Source of the DNA: Actinomycetota bacterium
GTDB lineage: Bacteria > Actinomycetota > Acidimicrobiia > IMCC26256 > PALSA-610
Reading direction: 5' to 3'
Length of the DNA stretch: 64,000 nt
Assembly: GCA_052390615.1 (NCBI GenBank)
Contig: JBQTGT010000007.1
Span: forward strand, 73,614 to 137,613
Shown: piece by piece, positions 34,810 to 43,240 of the stretch
How the letters are laid out: the number at the start of each line of letters is the position of its first letter
Numbering within the stretch: the first letter of the stretch is position 1
The notes under the pieces: generated by a model
The model's database searches: none
What the model saw: only the letters and a program-made list of their open reading frames with translations
What the model was told of the DNA's origin: nothing
Position numbers and translations under genes: made by a program

Positions 34810-36137
34810 GCGACCAGGACCGGCTGCGCAAGGAGATCCTCGACCTCGTCGAGCAGTACTACGAGGCTGCCTTTCCTCCCAAGCCGTTTCTCGGTGGCAT
34901 CTCGGCCGTGCCGGTGTCGGGCAAGGTCTTCGACGCCGACGAGTTGAAGCTGCTCGTCGACTCGTCGCTCGATTTCTGGCTCACGACCGGGCGTTACGCC
35001 GAACTGTTCGAGAAGCGCTTCGCCAAGGTGATGGGCGTCCGCCACGCGATGCTGTGCAACTCGGGGTCGTCGGCCAACCTGCTCGCCGTCAGCGCGCTGA
35101 CGTCGCCCCGCTTGGGCAAGCGCCAGCTCAAAGAAGGCGACGAAGTGCTGACGGTGGCGGCTGGCTTCCCGACCACGATCGCGCCGATTCTCCAGAACCG
35201 GCTCGTGCCGGTGTTCGTCGACGCACAGCTCGGCACGTACGACGCCGACATGGATCGTCTCGCGGACGCGATCGGCCCAAAGACGCGTGCAATCGTCATG
35301 GCGCACACGCTTGGCAACCCGTTCGACCTTGGCGCGGTGATGGCGCTCGCCAAGGAGCACAACTTGTGGGTGGTCGAAGACACCTGCGACGCGGTCGGCG
35401 CCCGCTACGACGGCAAGCCCGTCGGCTCGTTCGGCGACCTCGCCACGACGAGCTTCTATCCTGCACATCACATCACGATGGGCGAAGGCGGCTGCGTGCT
35501 GACGCGCAAAGGTGCGCTCAAGAAGATCGTCGAGTCGTTTCGCGATTGGGGCCGCGACTGCTGGTGTGCCCCCGGCAACGACAACACGTGCGGGCGGCGC
35601 TTCGACTGGCAGCTCGGCGAACTGCCGTACGGCTACGACCATAAGTACACGTACTCCCACGTCGGTTACAACCTGAAGGCCACCGACATGCAGGCCGCGG
35701 TCGGTGTGGCGCAGCTCGACAAGCTCGACGGCTTCATCGACGCCCGCCGCACGAACTGGCAACACCTGCATGACGGCCTCACCGATCTCGAGGAGCACTT
35801 GATCCTCCCCGAGGCCACGCCGAACTCCGAGCCGAGCTGGTTCGGGTTCGCGATCACCGTGCGGCCGGACGCGCCGTTTACTCGATTCGAGCTGGTGCAG
35901 CACCTCGAGAGTCGAGGGATTGCGACGCGCCAGCTGTTCGGCGGCAACATGATGCGTCAGCCCGCGTACCTGGACCTGCCGCACCGCGTCGTCGGCCCGT
36001 TGACCAATGCCGACATCATCACCGAGGGCACGTTCTGGATCGGGGTGTTTCCCGGCCTGTCCAAGAAGATGATCGACTTCACCCTCGAAACGTTCCACGA
36101 GTTCGTGACGCCCACCGCACCAGGGAGCAAACGATGA
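34806..36137 (+). CDS. rfbH: CDP-6-deoxy-L-threo-D-glycero-4-hexulose 3-dehydrase (E1; RfbH/DdhC/AscC type, PMP and [2Fe-2S])
   Basis: ATGA overlap with rfbG. DegT-fold protein in which the PLP lysine position reads His ([14 protein letters not shown]), unlike SFYPGKNLGAYGDGG in the DegT paralog at 48970. Cys cluster [11 protein letters not shown] (C-x-C-x7-C). Confidence 0.9.
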   Translation: MSDQDRLRKEILDLVEQYYEAAFPPKPFLGGISAVPVSGKVFDADELKLLVDSSLDFWLTTGRYAELFEKRFAKVMGVRHAMLCNSGSSANLLAVSALTSPRLGKRQLKEGDEVLTVAAGFPTTIAPILQNRLVPVFVDAQLGTYDADMDRLADAIGPKTRAIVMAHTLGNPFDLGAVMALAKEHNLWVVEDTCDAVGARYDGKPVGSFGDLATTSFYPAHHITMGEGGCVLTRKGALKKIVESFRDWGRDCWCAPGNDNTCGRRFDWQLGELPYGYDHKYTYSHVGYNLKATDMQAAVGVAQLDKLDGFIDARRTNWQHLHDGLTDLEEHLILPEATPNSEPSWFGFAITVRPDAPFTRFELVQHLESRGIATRQLFGGNMMRQPAYLDLPHRVVGPLTNADIITEGTFWIGVFPGLSKKMIDFTLETFHEFVTPTAPGSKR

Positions 36138-37228
36138 GCATCCGCCGCGACGTCTTCGAAGACCTCTTCGTCTTGGAGCTGGCGAACAACCACCTGGGAA
36201 GTGTCGACCGCGGCCGTCGGATCATCTCCGACTTCGCCAAGGTCGTCCGCTACAACAACGTGCGTGCGGCAATCAAACTGCAGTTCCGCGACGTCGACTC
36301 GTTCGTGCACCCTTCACACCGCGACCGCACAGACATTCGCTACATCAAGAAGACGCTCGACACCAAGATGACATTCGACGACTTCGCCGAACTGACGCAG
36401 CTCATCGTGAAGAGTGGCTGCATTCCGATGGCGACGCCCTTCGATGAACAGTCGGTCGATATGTGCGTCGAGCTGAAGATGCCGCTCCTCAAGCTCGCGA
36501 GCTCCGATCTCAACGACTGGGTGCTCATCGAGAAGATGGCGACAACTCGCCTACCAGTGATCGCGTCGACCGGCGGGTCATCGTTGAAGGACATCGACGA
36601 CCTCGTGACGTTCTTCGAGAACCGCAGCATCCCGCTCGCACTGAACCACTGCGTCTCGCTGTATCCGAGCGAGGATTCCGAACTGGAGCTCAACCAGATC
36701 GACTTCCTCAAGCACCGCTACCCCACCGTCACGATCGGCTTCTCGACGCACGAGTACCACGACTGGAGCGCGTCGATCATGATGGCGTACGCGAAGGGTG
36801 CGCGCACGTTCGAGCGTCACGTCGACATCGAAGCCGACGATGTCACCGTTTCGCCGTATTGCAGCCAGCCCCATCAGATCGACGAATGGGTCCGCGCGTT
36901 CAAGAAGGCGAAGGAGATGTGCGGCACCCCCGGCACGTACAAGCGCATCCCGTCGCAAAAGGAAGTCGACTACCTCGACGCGCTCGTGCGCGGCGTGTAC
37001 GCCAAGCGCGACCTATCGGTCGGGCACCGCATCTCCGACGGCGACTTCTTCCTGGCGATCCCGCTACTCAAGGGCCAGCTGTCGTGCCGCGAGCTGATCG
37101 CAGGCGAGGAGCTGGCGCGCGAAGTGACGGCGGGCGCGCCGGTGACGATCGACGACCTCGACAACCCGTACTCGCGTACCGACTCGCTGCGCGAAACGAT
37201 CGCGCAGCGAGGCCTCGAACCCGCGTGA
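36134..37228 (+). CDS. NeuB-family (sialic-acid-synthase-like) PEP-dependent aldolase with a C-terminal SAF domain
   Basis: ATGA overlap with rfbH. N-terminus [13 protein letters not shown]...[20 protein letters not shown] and ASTGGSS resemble my recollection of the NeuB TIM barrel. C-terminal SAF-like segment ([18 protein letters not shown]). Third-position A/T is visibly higher than in the neighbours. Confidence 0.8.
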   Translation: MSIRRDVFEDLFVLELANNHLGSVDRGRRIISDFAKVVRYNNVRAAIKLQFRDVDSFVHPSHRDRTDIRYIKKTLDTKMTFDDFAELTQLIVKSGCIPMATPFDEQSVDMCVELKMPLLKLASSDLNDWVLIEKMATTRLPVIASTGGSSLKDIDDLVTFFENRSIPLALNHCVSLYPSEDSELELNQIDFLKHRYPTVTIGFSTHEYHDWSASIMMAYAKGARTFERHVDIEADDVTVSPYCSQPHQIDEWVRAFKKAKEMCGTPGTYKRIPSQKEVDYLDALVRGVYAKRDLSVGHRISDGDFFLAIPLLKGQLSCRELIAGEELAREVTAGAPVTIDDLDNPYSRTDSLRETIAQRGLEPA

Positions 37229-39021
37229 GCCAACCTTCCTCGCCGCAGAAATACGCGGACCTGGTGATGGCCTGGCTCGCAGAACTGGGCTACACGCACT
37301 GCTTCTTCGTCGCCGGCGGAAACATCATGCATCTGCTCGATGGCGCCCGAAAGACGATGACCTGCGTGCCGGTGGTCCACGAAGTCGCGGGCGGCATCGC
37401 GGCCGAGTACTTCAACGAGTCCGGTGGCGAGGGCCGCGCGTTCCTCTTGGTCACGGCCGGGCCGGGCATCACGAACGCGACGACCGCCATGGCGGGCGCG
37501 TGGCTCGAGAGCCGTGAGCTGCTCGTCGTCGGCGGTCAGGTGAAGTCGACCGACCTCGCCACCGGTGGCGTGCGCCAGCGGGGCATCCAGGAAATCGACG
37601 GTGTCGCGATCGCGGCGCCGCTGTGCGTGGAGGCCGTACGCATCGAGGAACCGTGGCACCGCAAGCAGTTCGCCGACGCGGTGTTGGCCGGGCGCCGCGG
37701 CCGACCCGGTCCGGTGTTCATCGAGATGTGCCTCGACGCGCAGGGCGCGCCTGTCGACGCGACCGCGCAGGGGACGGCGGACGCCAGCGACGCGCATATC
37801 GGCCCCCCGGCGAAGGCTGTCACCGCCGCGGCCGTCGCGGCCGACGAGATCTACGCGCGCATGCGCGACGCGCGACGCCCGCTGTGGCTGATCGGCGGCG
37901 GCGTCACGCGCGCGACCGCGGCCGCGGCCCTCGACCGGCTCGTCGCGACCGGCGTCCCGGTGATGACCACCTGGAACGGAACCGACCGCGTCCCCCACGG
38001 CACGCCGACATACCTCGGCCGCCCGAATACGTGGGGCCAGCGATCCGCGAACGTGCTGGTCGCGCAATCCGACCTCGTCGTCGCGTTCGGGACTCGGCTC
38101 GGCTTGCAGCAAACGGGTTTCAACTGGCAGGAGTTCGGCCGAGGCGGCACCGTGGTGCAGGTCGACATCGACGCCGCCGAGTTGGAGAAGGGCCACCCGC
38201 GCGTCGACCTTGCGTTCGAGGCCGACGCCAACGCGCTGCTCGCAGATCTCGTCGGGCGTGACTATCCCGACTACTCGGAATGGCTCGCGTTCGGCCGTGA
38301 AGTGCGCGAACTGCTGCCCGTCAACGAACCGTGCAACCTCACTGGTGACGGGTTCGTGTGTCCGTACGAGTTCTATCTCGACCTGTCGGCGCTCGCGACG
38401 TCCGCCGACGTATTGATCCCGTGTTCGAGCGGCGCCGCCAACTCGGTGGCGATGCAGACGATCGTGCAGAAGCGCGGCCAGGTGATCGTGACCGACAAGG
38501 GCCTCGCCAGCATGGGCTACGGCCTCGCGGGCGCGATCGGCGCCGCGCTCGCCCACCCGAATCAGCGCACGATCCTCGTCGAGGGTGACGGGGGGTTCGC
38601 GCAGAACCTCCAGGAGTTGGCGACGGTCGCCGTGAACGACCTCGACCTGAAGATTTTCATCCATGCCAACGAGGGCTACGGGTCGATCCGCACCACGCAG
38701 AAGAACTACTTCGGTGGCGCCTACCTCGGCTGCGACACGCAGACTGGCCTCGGCTTCCCCGACTGGCTGCAACTGTTCGCTGCGTACGGCGTACCCGCGA
38801 TGAATCTCGCGCCCGGTTGGAACACGGACCCGGCCTTCCGCACCGAGTTCGACGCACGCGGGCCGCGTGGCTTCATCGTACCGATCGACACCGAGCAGAC
38901 CTACTGGCCCAAGATCACGAGCCGGGTCACCGAGACCGGCAGCATGGAATCGCAGCCACTGCACCTCATGTCGCCCGATCTCCCCGAAGACCTCGCGGCC
39001 CGCGTGTTCAAATACCTCTGA
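37225..39021 (+). CDS. Thiamine-diphosphate-dependent enzyme, acetolactate-synthase large-subunit fold (YerE-like candidate)
   Basis: GTGA overlap with the NeuB-like gene. N-terminal Pyr domain (VHEVAGGIAAEY, TAGPGITNA) and ThDP motif GDGGFAQNLQEL...IHANEGYG. The track ORF start at 36463 is an out-of-frame-derived extension. Confidence 0.85.
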   Translation: MSQPSSPQKYADLVMAWLAELGYTHCFFVAGGNIMHLLDGARKTMTCVPVVHEVAGGIAAEYFNESGGEGRAFLLVTAGPGITNATTAMAGAWLESRELLVVGGQVKSTDLATGGVRQRGIQEIDGVAIAAPLCVEAVRIEEPWHRKQFADAVLAGRRGRPGPVFIEMCLDAQGAPVDATAQGTADASDAHIGPPAKAVTAAAVAADEIYARMRDARRPLWLIGGGVTRATAAAALDRLVATGVPVMTTWNGTDRVPHGTPTYLGRPNTWGQRSANVLVAQSDLVVAFGTRLGLQQTGFNWQEFGRGGTVVQVDIDAAELEKGHPRVDLAFEADANALLADLVGRDYPDYSEWLAFGREVRELLPVNEPCNLTGDGFVCPYEFYLDLSALATSADVLIPCSSGAANSVAMQTIVQKRGQVIVTDKGLASMGYGLAGAIGAALAHPNQRTILVEGDGGFAQNLQELATVAVNDLDLKIFIHANEGYGSIRTTQKNYFGGAYLGCDTQTGLGFPDWLQLFAAYGVPAMNLAPGWNTDPAFRTEFDARGPRGFIVPIDTEQTYWPKITSRVTETGSMESQPLHLMSPDLPEDLAARVFKYL

Positions 39022-39974
39022 TGTCCGACCGTGCGCTCGTCTCCGTGGCGATTCCTGCCTACAACGAGTCGGACAATCTCGACGAGCTGGCTTCGCGGCT
39101 CCAAGCGGTGTTCGCAACCCTGGCCGAGAAGTACGACTTCGAGGTGGTGATCTGCGAGAACGGTTCGCAGGACGACACGTACGACAAGCTGTTGAAGATC
39201 CGCGAGAAGGATCCGCGGTTCAAGATCGTGCAGCTCGTGCGGAACTTCCACATGGAGGGTGGCATGGGCGCCGCGCTCGCGCACGTATCTGGTGACGCGT
39301 GCCTGATCATGAGCGCCGACCTCCAAGATCCACCGGAGATGATCCCGACGTTGATCGAGCAGTGGGAACAGGGCTACGAGAACGTGTACACGGTCATCAC
39401 GAAACGCCACGGTGAGGGCCGGTTCCGACGCGGGATGGCCCAACTCTTCTACTGGGTGATCAACAAGGTGAGCGACACGCCCGTGCCCCGGAACGCGAGC
39501 GACTTCCGGCTGGTCAGCAAGCCCGCGTACGAAGCGTTCAACGCGCTGCCGGAACGAAACCGGATGGTGCGCGCGCTTTGGGGCTGGCTCGGGTTCCGAT
39601 CGATCGGTGTCGAATACGAACGGCTGCCGCGCAGCGGCGGAAACTCGAAGTTCAAGCCGTTCGCGACCGCCGGGTTCGCGGTCCGCGGCATCCTCTCGAG
39701 TTCGTACACGCCGCTGAAGGCGATCCCGTTGCTCGGCGCCGGGCTCTCGATGCTGTCGTTCGTGGCACTGGGGGGCATGGTCGTGCGCGCGTTCGTGTGG
39801 GGCGTCCCGTTCCCCGGCTTCGGTACGATCGTGTCGCTCATGCTCTTGCTGTTCGGATTCTTGTTCTTGCTGCTCGGGGTCGTGAGCGAGTACATCGGCA
39901 TGATCTTCGAAGAGTCCCGCCAGCGCCCCGGCTATCTCATCCGTCAGCGCCACGGCATCGATTCCGACACGTGA
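39021..39974 (+). CDS. GT2 polyprenyl-phosphate glycosyltransferase (ArnC/GtrB/Ppm1-like) with two C-terminal TM helices
   Basis: The start shares one nucleotide with the upstream stop (TGATG). SVAIPAYNESDNL, SADLQDPPE, and a C-terminal hydrophobic pair ending VSEYIGMIFEE. Confidence 0.85.
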   Translation: MSDRALVSVAIPAYNESDNLDELASRLQAVFATLAEKYDFEVVICENGSQDDTYDKLLKIREKDPRFKIVQLVRNFHMEGGMGAALAHVSGDACLIMSADLQDPPEMIPTLIEQWEQGYENVYTVITKRHGEGRFRRGMAQLFYWVINKVSDTPVPRNASDFRLVSKPAYEAFNALPERNRMVRALWGWLGFRSIGVEYERLPRSGGNSKFKPFATAGFAVRGILSSSYTPLKAIPLLGAGLSMLSFVALGGMVVRAFVWGVPFPGFGTIVSLMLLLFGFLFLLLGVVSEYIGMIFEESRQRPGYLIRQRHGIDSDT

Positions 39975-39996
39975 TTCCGCATCTCGAAGGAGCAGC

Positions 39997-40935
39997 GTGA
40001 GACCGGTGAGCGCGCGAATCAGGGCGACGCTGTTGCGTCACCCGCGCCTGCTGGCGTTGGTCGTGACGGCCGTCGGGTTGCGGCACGGCGTGCGCGTGCG
40101 CTGGCTCGCAGATCACTGTTGTTTCGCAGTTCTCAAAGGCGACACCGACGTACTGGTCGCTCGTCATCACGGCGCGTATCTTCCCGACCTGGTCAACAAC
40201 TTCGTGATGATGACCGAGCGCATCCTCCCCGACGTGCGCGACGGCCGCAGGGTGTACGACTTCACGACGCCAGTGCCGCATCGGTTCGTCGATGGTTCGT
40301 CGTGGTCGTTCCCCGGCTTGCCCGAGGTCGACGCCACCAGTGACCACTACATCGAAACGCTGGGCGTCAAGCCGGGCGACGTCGTGTGGGACATCGGCGC
40401 GTACTCCGGTCTGTCGACCAAGGCATTCGCCCAGGCAGTCGGGACCGCGGGCACGGTCGTCGCCGTCGAGGCCGACCCGACCTGTTTCGGTTGCGTCGCT
40501 TCGAATCTCCCGCGCGATTCCTTCCCCACGGTCCACCTCGTCCAAGCCGCACTGTGGGACGACGACGGCACCGTCGAGTTCCAAGCCGAAGCCAATCAGG
40601 GCTCGACGATCGCCACCGCGGGCACGCGCGCGACGAACGTGATCGACGTGCGCGCGCTGACACCCGAAACGCTGTTCAAACAGGTAGGCACCGATCGAGT
40701 CGACGCGGTGAAGCTCGATATCGAGGGCGCGGAGTACCGCGTGGTCCCGGCGTTTGCGGCGCTGTTCGCGACAGTTCGGCCGAAGTTCCTCATCGAGGTC
40801 CACAAGAACGGCGACGAGAAGGTGGACGCCGGCGCGCTGATCCAGTTCTTCGCGCAACACGACTACGAGGCAACCGCGATCTCCCAGCCGGAGAAGAGCC
40901 CGTTCCCGCTCGTGTTCGCGCATCCGCGCGCCTGA
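39997..40935 (+). CDS. FkbM-family SAM-dependent methyltransferase
   Basis: VVWDIGAYSGLST, VVAVEADP and VDAVKLDIEGAEY are FkbM hallmarks. Confidence 0.8.
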   Translation: MRPVSARIRATLLRHPRLLALVVTAVGLRHGVRVRWLADHCCFAVLKGDTDVLVARHHGAYLPDLVNNFVMMTERILPDVRDGRRVYDFTTPVPHRFVDGSSWSFPGLPEVDATSDHYIETLGVKPGDVVWDIGAYSGLSTKAFAQAVGTAGTVVAVEADPTCFGCVASNLPRDSFPTVHLVQAALWDDDGTVEFQAEANQGSTIATAGTRATNVIDVRALTPETLFKQVGTDRVDAVKLDIEGAEYRVVPAFAALFATVRPKFLIEVHKNGDEKVDAGALIQFFAQHDYEATAISQPEKSPFPLVFAHPRA

Positions 40936-40966
40936 CTCGCCGGCGCGCCCGCGCGCCGCGAAACGA

Positions 40967-42202
40967 CTACGCGCGGGGGATCTTCACGAGGCGATTGCTG
41001 CCACCAAGGGCGGCGCACGCCTTCAGGATCGACGCCTCGTGGTGCACGGACGTGACGACGATCGGTTCCGATGACCCGACGATCTTCTCCGGTGCAACAA
41101 TCGGAACGCCGCGCAGATGGAGTCCGTGCTTCTGCGGCGAGCCGTCGACGATGGCGACGACCGGCACGCGCGCGAGAACGGTCGAGGTGAGCAGCTTCAT
41201 CGCGAGCTGACCCGCCCCCCAGACGATGACCCCGTCGGCACGGCCGATCTCGGCGGTCAGATGATCGTCGATCGTGTGCATCAACTGATTCGACGCATCG
41301 ATGTAGCGCGCGATCCCGGCGGCGAGCGCCTCGTCGAATCCGAGCTCGTCGGTGGTCGGCCCGCCGTCGACGCGTCGCCACAAGCCGTAGATCGCCGGAT
41401 ACGGGTCGACCGCCGAGCACCGGACGATCTTGTGATCGCTCGTGACCTTCTCGAATCCCTGTGCGGCCATGAATCGTTCGAGCAGTCCGAGCGAAAAATG
41501 GTTGATGTGTTCGGTGTTGAAGTCGTGGAACGGCGCAACGAGGTGATCGGCATAGTGCTCGGCGTCCGGCACCTCGAGGTACACCACGCCCCCAGGCTTC
41601 GTGAGCGCGCGCATGGACGACACGGCCGCGCGCACGTCGCCGAGGTGTTCGAGGACATGCGAGAGCGCGACCACATCGAACTGGCCGACATCCGGCGGCG
41701 GTGTGATGAACGATCCCGTGACCGCTTCGACACCGTGCACACGGCGCGCGGTGTTCGTGGCGACCGGCGACGGATCGAGCCCGACAAGATTGTCCCAGCC
41801 GCGCGCCTTGAGAAACCCGAGCAACGATCCGGTTGCACAGCCCGCGTCGAGCAGCCGAGCGTCGGCAGGGAGTTGCTCGTCGAGCCACGCGGCAACGCCG
41901 TCGAGGCGTTCCAAGTCCCACGGCGCCTCGGGCGGCGGCGGCGGCTCGTCGGCGGCGGCCTCGCCGCCGTACAGCGACGTATCCGCATACTTCGAATGTT
42001 CTTCATAGGACTTGTCGAGGTCCTCTTGCGCGGTCGGGATATCGCTGAACACGAAGCCGCAGCGCCCGCACGACACGATGTCGACCTGGTCTTCGACACC
42101 CAGCTCATCCACCGACGCGAACGATTGCGCGTGCAAGACGCGTCCTGCCGTTCCCAGGCAGAGCGGGCAAGGACGCACAAGCGTCTTCGAGGGCATGCGC
42201 AC
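40967..42202 (-). CDS. Three-domain SAM-dependent methyltransferase with an N-terminal Zn-ribbon (NDP-hexose C-methyltransferase/TylC3-like architecture)
   Basis: CPLC...CGRCG Zn ribbon, SAM motif I LLDAGCATGSLL, and a C-terminal Rossmann-like domain (VIVWGAGQLAMKLL). At 411 aa the length is typical of sugar C-methyltransferases. Confidence 0.75.
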   Translation of the reverse strand: MRMPSKTLVRPCPLCLGTAGRVLHAQSFASVDELGVEDQVDIVSCGRCGFVFSDIPTAQEDLDKSYEEHSKYADTSLYGGEAAADEPPPPPEAPWDLERLDGVAAWLDEQLPADARLLDAGCATGSLLGFLKARGWDNLVGLDPSPVATNTARRVHGVEAVTGSFITPPPDVGQFDVVALSHVLEHLGDVRAAVSSMRALTKPGGVVYLEVPDAEHYADHLVAPFHDFNTEHINHFSLGLLERFMAAQGFEKVTSDHKIVRCSAVDPYPAIYGLWRRVDGGPTTDELGFDEALAAGIARYIDASNQLMHTIDDHLTAEIGRADGVIVWGAGQLAMKLLTSTVLARVPVVAIVDGSPQKHGLHLRGVPIVAPEKIVGSSEPIVVTSVHHEASILKACAALGGSNRLVKIPRA

Positions 42203-42211
42203 GTTCCTCAG

Positions 42212-43240
42212 CTAGCGAGCGATGTGGTGCGCGAGCGTACGACGGATGCCCTCGTCGAGACCGACTCGGTTGGAAAGACCCAGCTCTTTCTGGGCTCGGG
42301 CGATGCTCGGCACGTACCGTTCGGGAATCCGACGCGGGTCGGCGGTCCCGCGCTGCTCGACCACGACGCCGGGCGCCGCCGCCGCGATCCGATCAGCCAG
42401 TTCCCGGATGGACACCGCGTCGTCGGCACCGACGTTGTACGCCCGGCCGGCTTCACCGCGCACCAACAGTGCGAGCAGCCAGACGACCAGGTCGGCCGGA
42501 TACTGGTAGGAGCGGCGCGGCGTCCCATCACCACCGATCACGATCGGACCGCTCGCGAGCGCGTCGCGCACGAAGTTCCCGGCCGCGAAGTGCGCATCGA
42601 GTGGAAGATGCGGCCCGAGAAATGCGAAGAGACGGCCGATGACGACGTCGAGGGCACCCGCGGCCGTCGCGACGGCGGCCAACAACTCCGCCATGCGCTT
42701 GGCCTCGTGATACGCGTTTTCGGGCGCCAACGGATCGGGCGCGCCGCCGTACTCTTCGGAGACGTTGTCGAGATCCAGGGGCTGGCGGCCGTACACCGCG
42801 CCCGAGCTGGTGAACAGCACTCGGATGCGCCCCCATTCTTCCGCCCGTTCGAGAAAGTGGCGCATGCCCTCGACCACGGTGTCGATCATCGTGTGCGGCG
42901 AGTCGCGGTTGAGCGCAGCGCTGGCGGCCGTCGCGGCGTGGATTGCCGCGTCAGCACGAGGAAGCGCGGGAAACGGTACCAAGACGTCGCCGCGATGGAA
43001 CGTGATCTTCTCGTGCGCGGCGACGATCGGCAGCCTCGTCGCGGCTGCTTTCGGATCCCGCGTCAGCACATCGACGTGCACACCCAAGTTGAGACTCGTG
43101 TTCGCCCACGCGACCGTGTGCAACAGCCACGTGCCGACGAAGCCGGTTCCGCCGGTGACGAACAGCCGCGTCCCGCGGAGCTGTTCGAGGTCGTCGCGGG
43201 CGGCCTCGCCGATCTCGATGAGATCCTCGGGACTCGTCAC
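42212..43240 (-). CDS. NAD(P)-dependent epimerase/dehydratase-family (extended SDR) sugar-nucleotide reductase/epimerase
   Basis: GTGA overlap with the upstream membrane-protein gene. VTGGTGFVGTWL and YHEAKRM (YxxxK). The track ORF extension to 43555 is spurious. Confidence 0.8.
   Translation of the reverse strand: MTSPEDLIEIGEAARDDLEQLRGTRLFVTGGTGFVGTWLLHTVAWANTSLNLGVHVDVLTRDPKAAATRLPIVAAHEKITFHRGDVLVPFPALPRADAAIHAATAASAALNRDSPHTMIDTVVEGMRHFLERAEEWGRIRVLFTSSGAVYGRQPLDLDNVSEEYGGAPDPLAPENAYHEAKRMAELLAAVATAAGALDVVIGRLFAFLGPHLPLDAHFAAGNFVRDALASGPIVIGGDGTPRRSYQYPADLVVWLLALLVRGEAGRAYNVGADDAVSIRELADRIAAAAPGVVVEQRGTADPRRIPERYVPSIARAQKELGLSNRVGLDEGIRRTLAHHIAR

Noticed and set aside
34608-39117. Minus-strand ORFs of 496 aa and 715 aa (34608-36098 and 36970-39117)
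   Set aside because: They are antisense to rfbH and to the ThDP enzyme, both of which have diagnostic cofactor motifs on the plus strand.
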